From Deltaproteobacteria bacterium (GTDB lineage Bacteria > Myxococcota > Kuafuiibacteriia > Kuafuiibacteriales > Kuafuiibacteriaceae), in contig JAVJQW010000003.1 of the NCBI GenBank assembly GCA_040218735.1, positions 1 through 64,000 on the forward strand: a stretch of 64,000 nucleotides of DNA. Reading direction: 5' to 3'. The position numbers and the translations under genes are program-made. Below, piece after piece: positions 64,000 through 64,000 of the stretch; position 1 is the stretch's first letter, and every line of letters begins with the position of its first letter. A model generated the notes under the pieces. It ran no database searches and was not told the origin of the DNA. It saw only the letters and a program-made list of their open reading frames with translations.

Positions 64000-64000
64000 G

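Overview
This is a very GC-rich, gene-dense bacterial window. MYXO-CTERM sorting signals, Ser/Thr kinases, an ECF/caspase module and many lipoproteins point to Myxococcota (inference). From left to right it holds: the 3' end of an HNH-type gene; an ECF sigma / zinc-finger anti-sigma / secreted caspase module; an NHL-propeller lipoprotein cluster with a cytochrome P460; an orphan-rich island (10.7-18.4 kb) with sigma54-like promoters and a RelA/SpoT-like synthetase plus HD-hydrolase pair that looks like a toxin-immunity module; zwf-opcA-pgl-gnd; a degenerate GGDEF protein; an M15-like peptidase; a thioester-less alpha-2-macroglobulin coupled to argC / argJ-argB fusion / argF; and a large cell-surface protein cluster. 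Two features stand out. (1) Two tandem ~2000-aa genes each appear to be a polyprotein of two surface proteins, joined by an internal MYXO-CTERM signal that runs straight into a second signal peptide. One of them is split at a site with the layout of a -1 ribosomal frameshift signal, although an assembly indel is equally possible. (2) The alarmone-synthetase-like gene carries a membrane-insertion-type tail and overlaps a hydrolase gene. I saw no rRNA, tRNA, CRISPR array or intact transposase. All family calls come from motif recognition by eye, not database searches.
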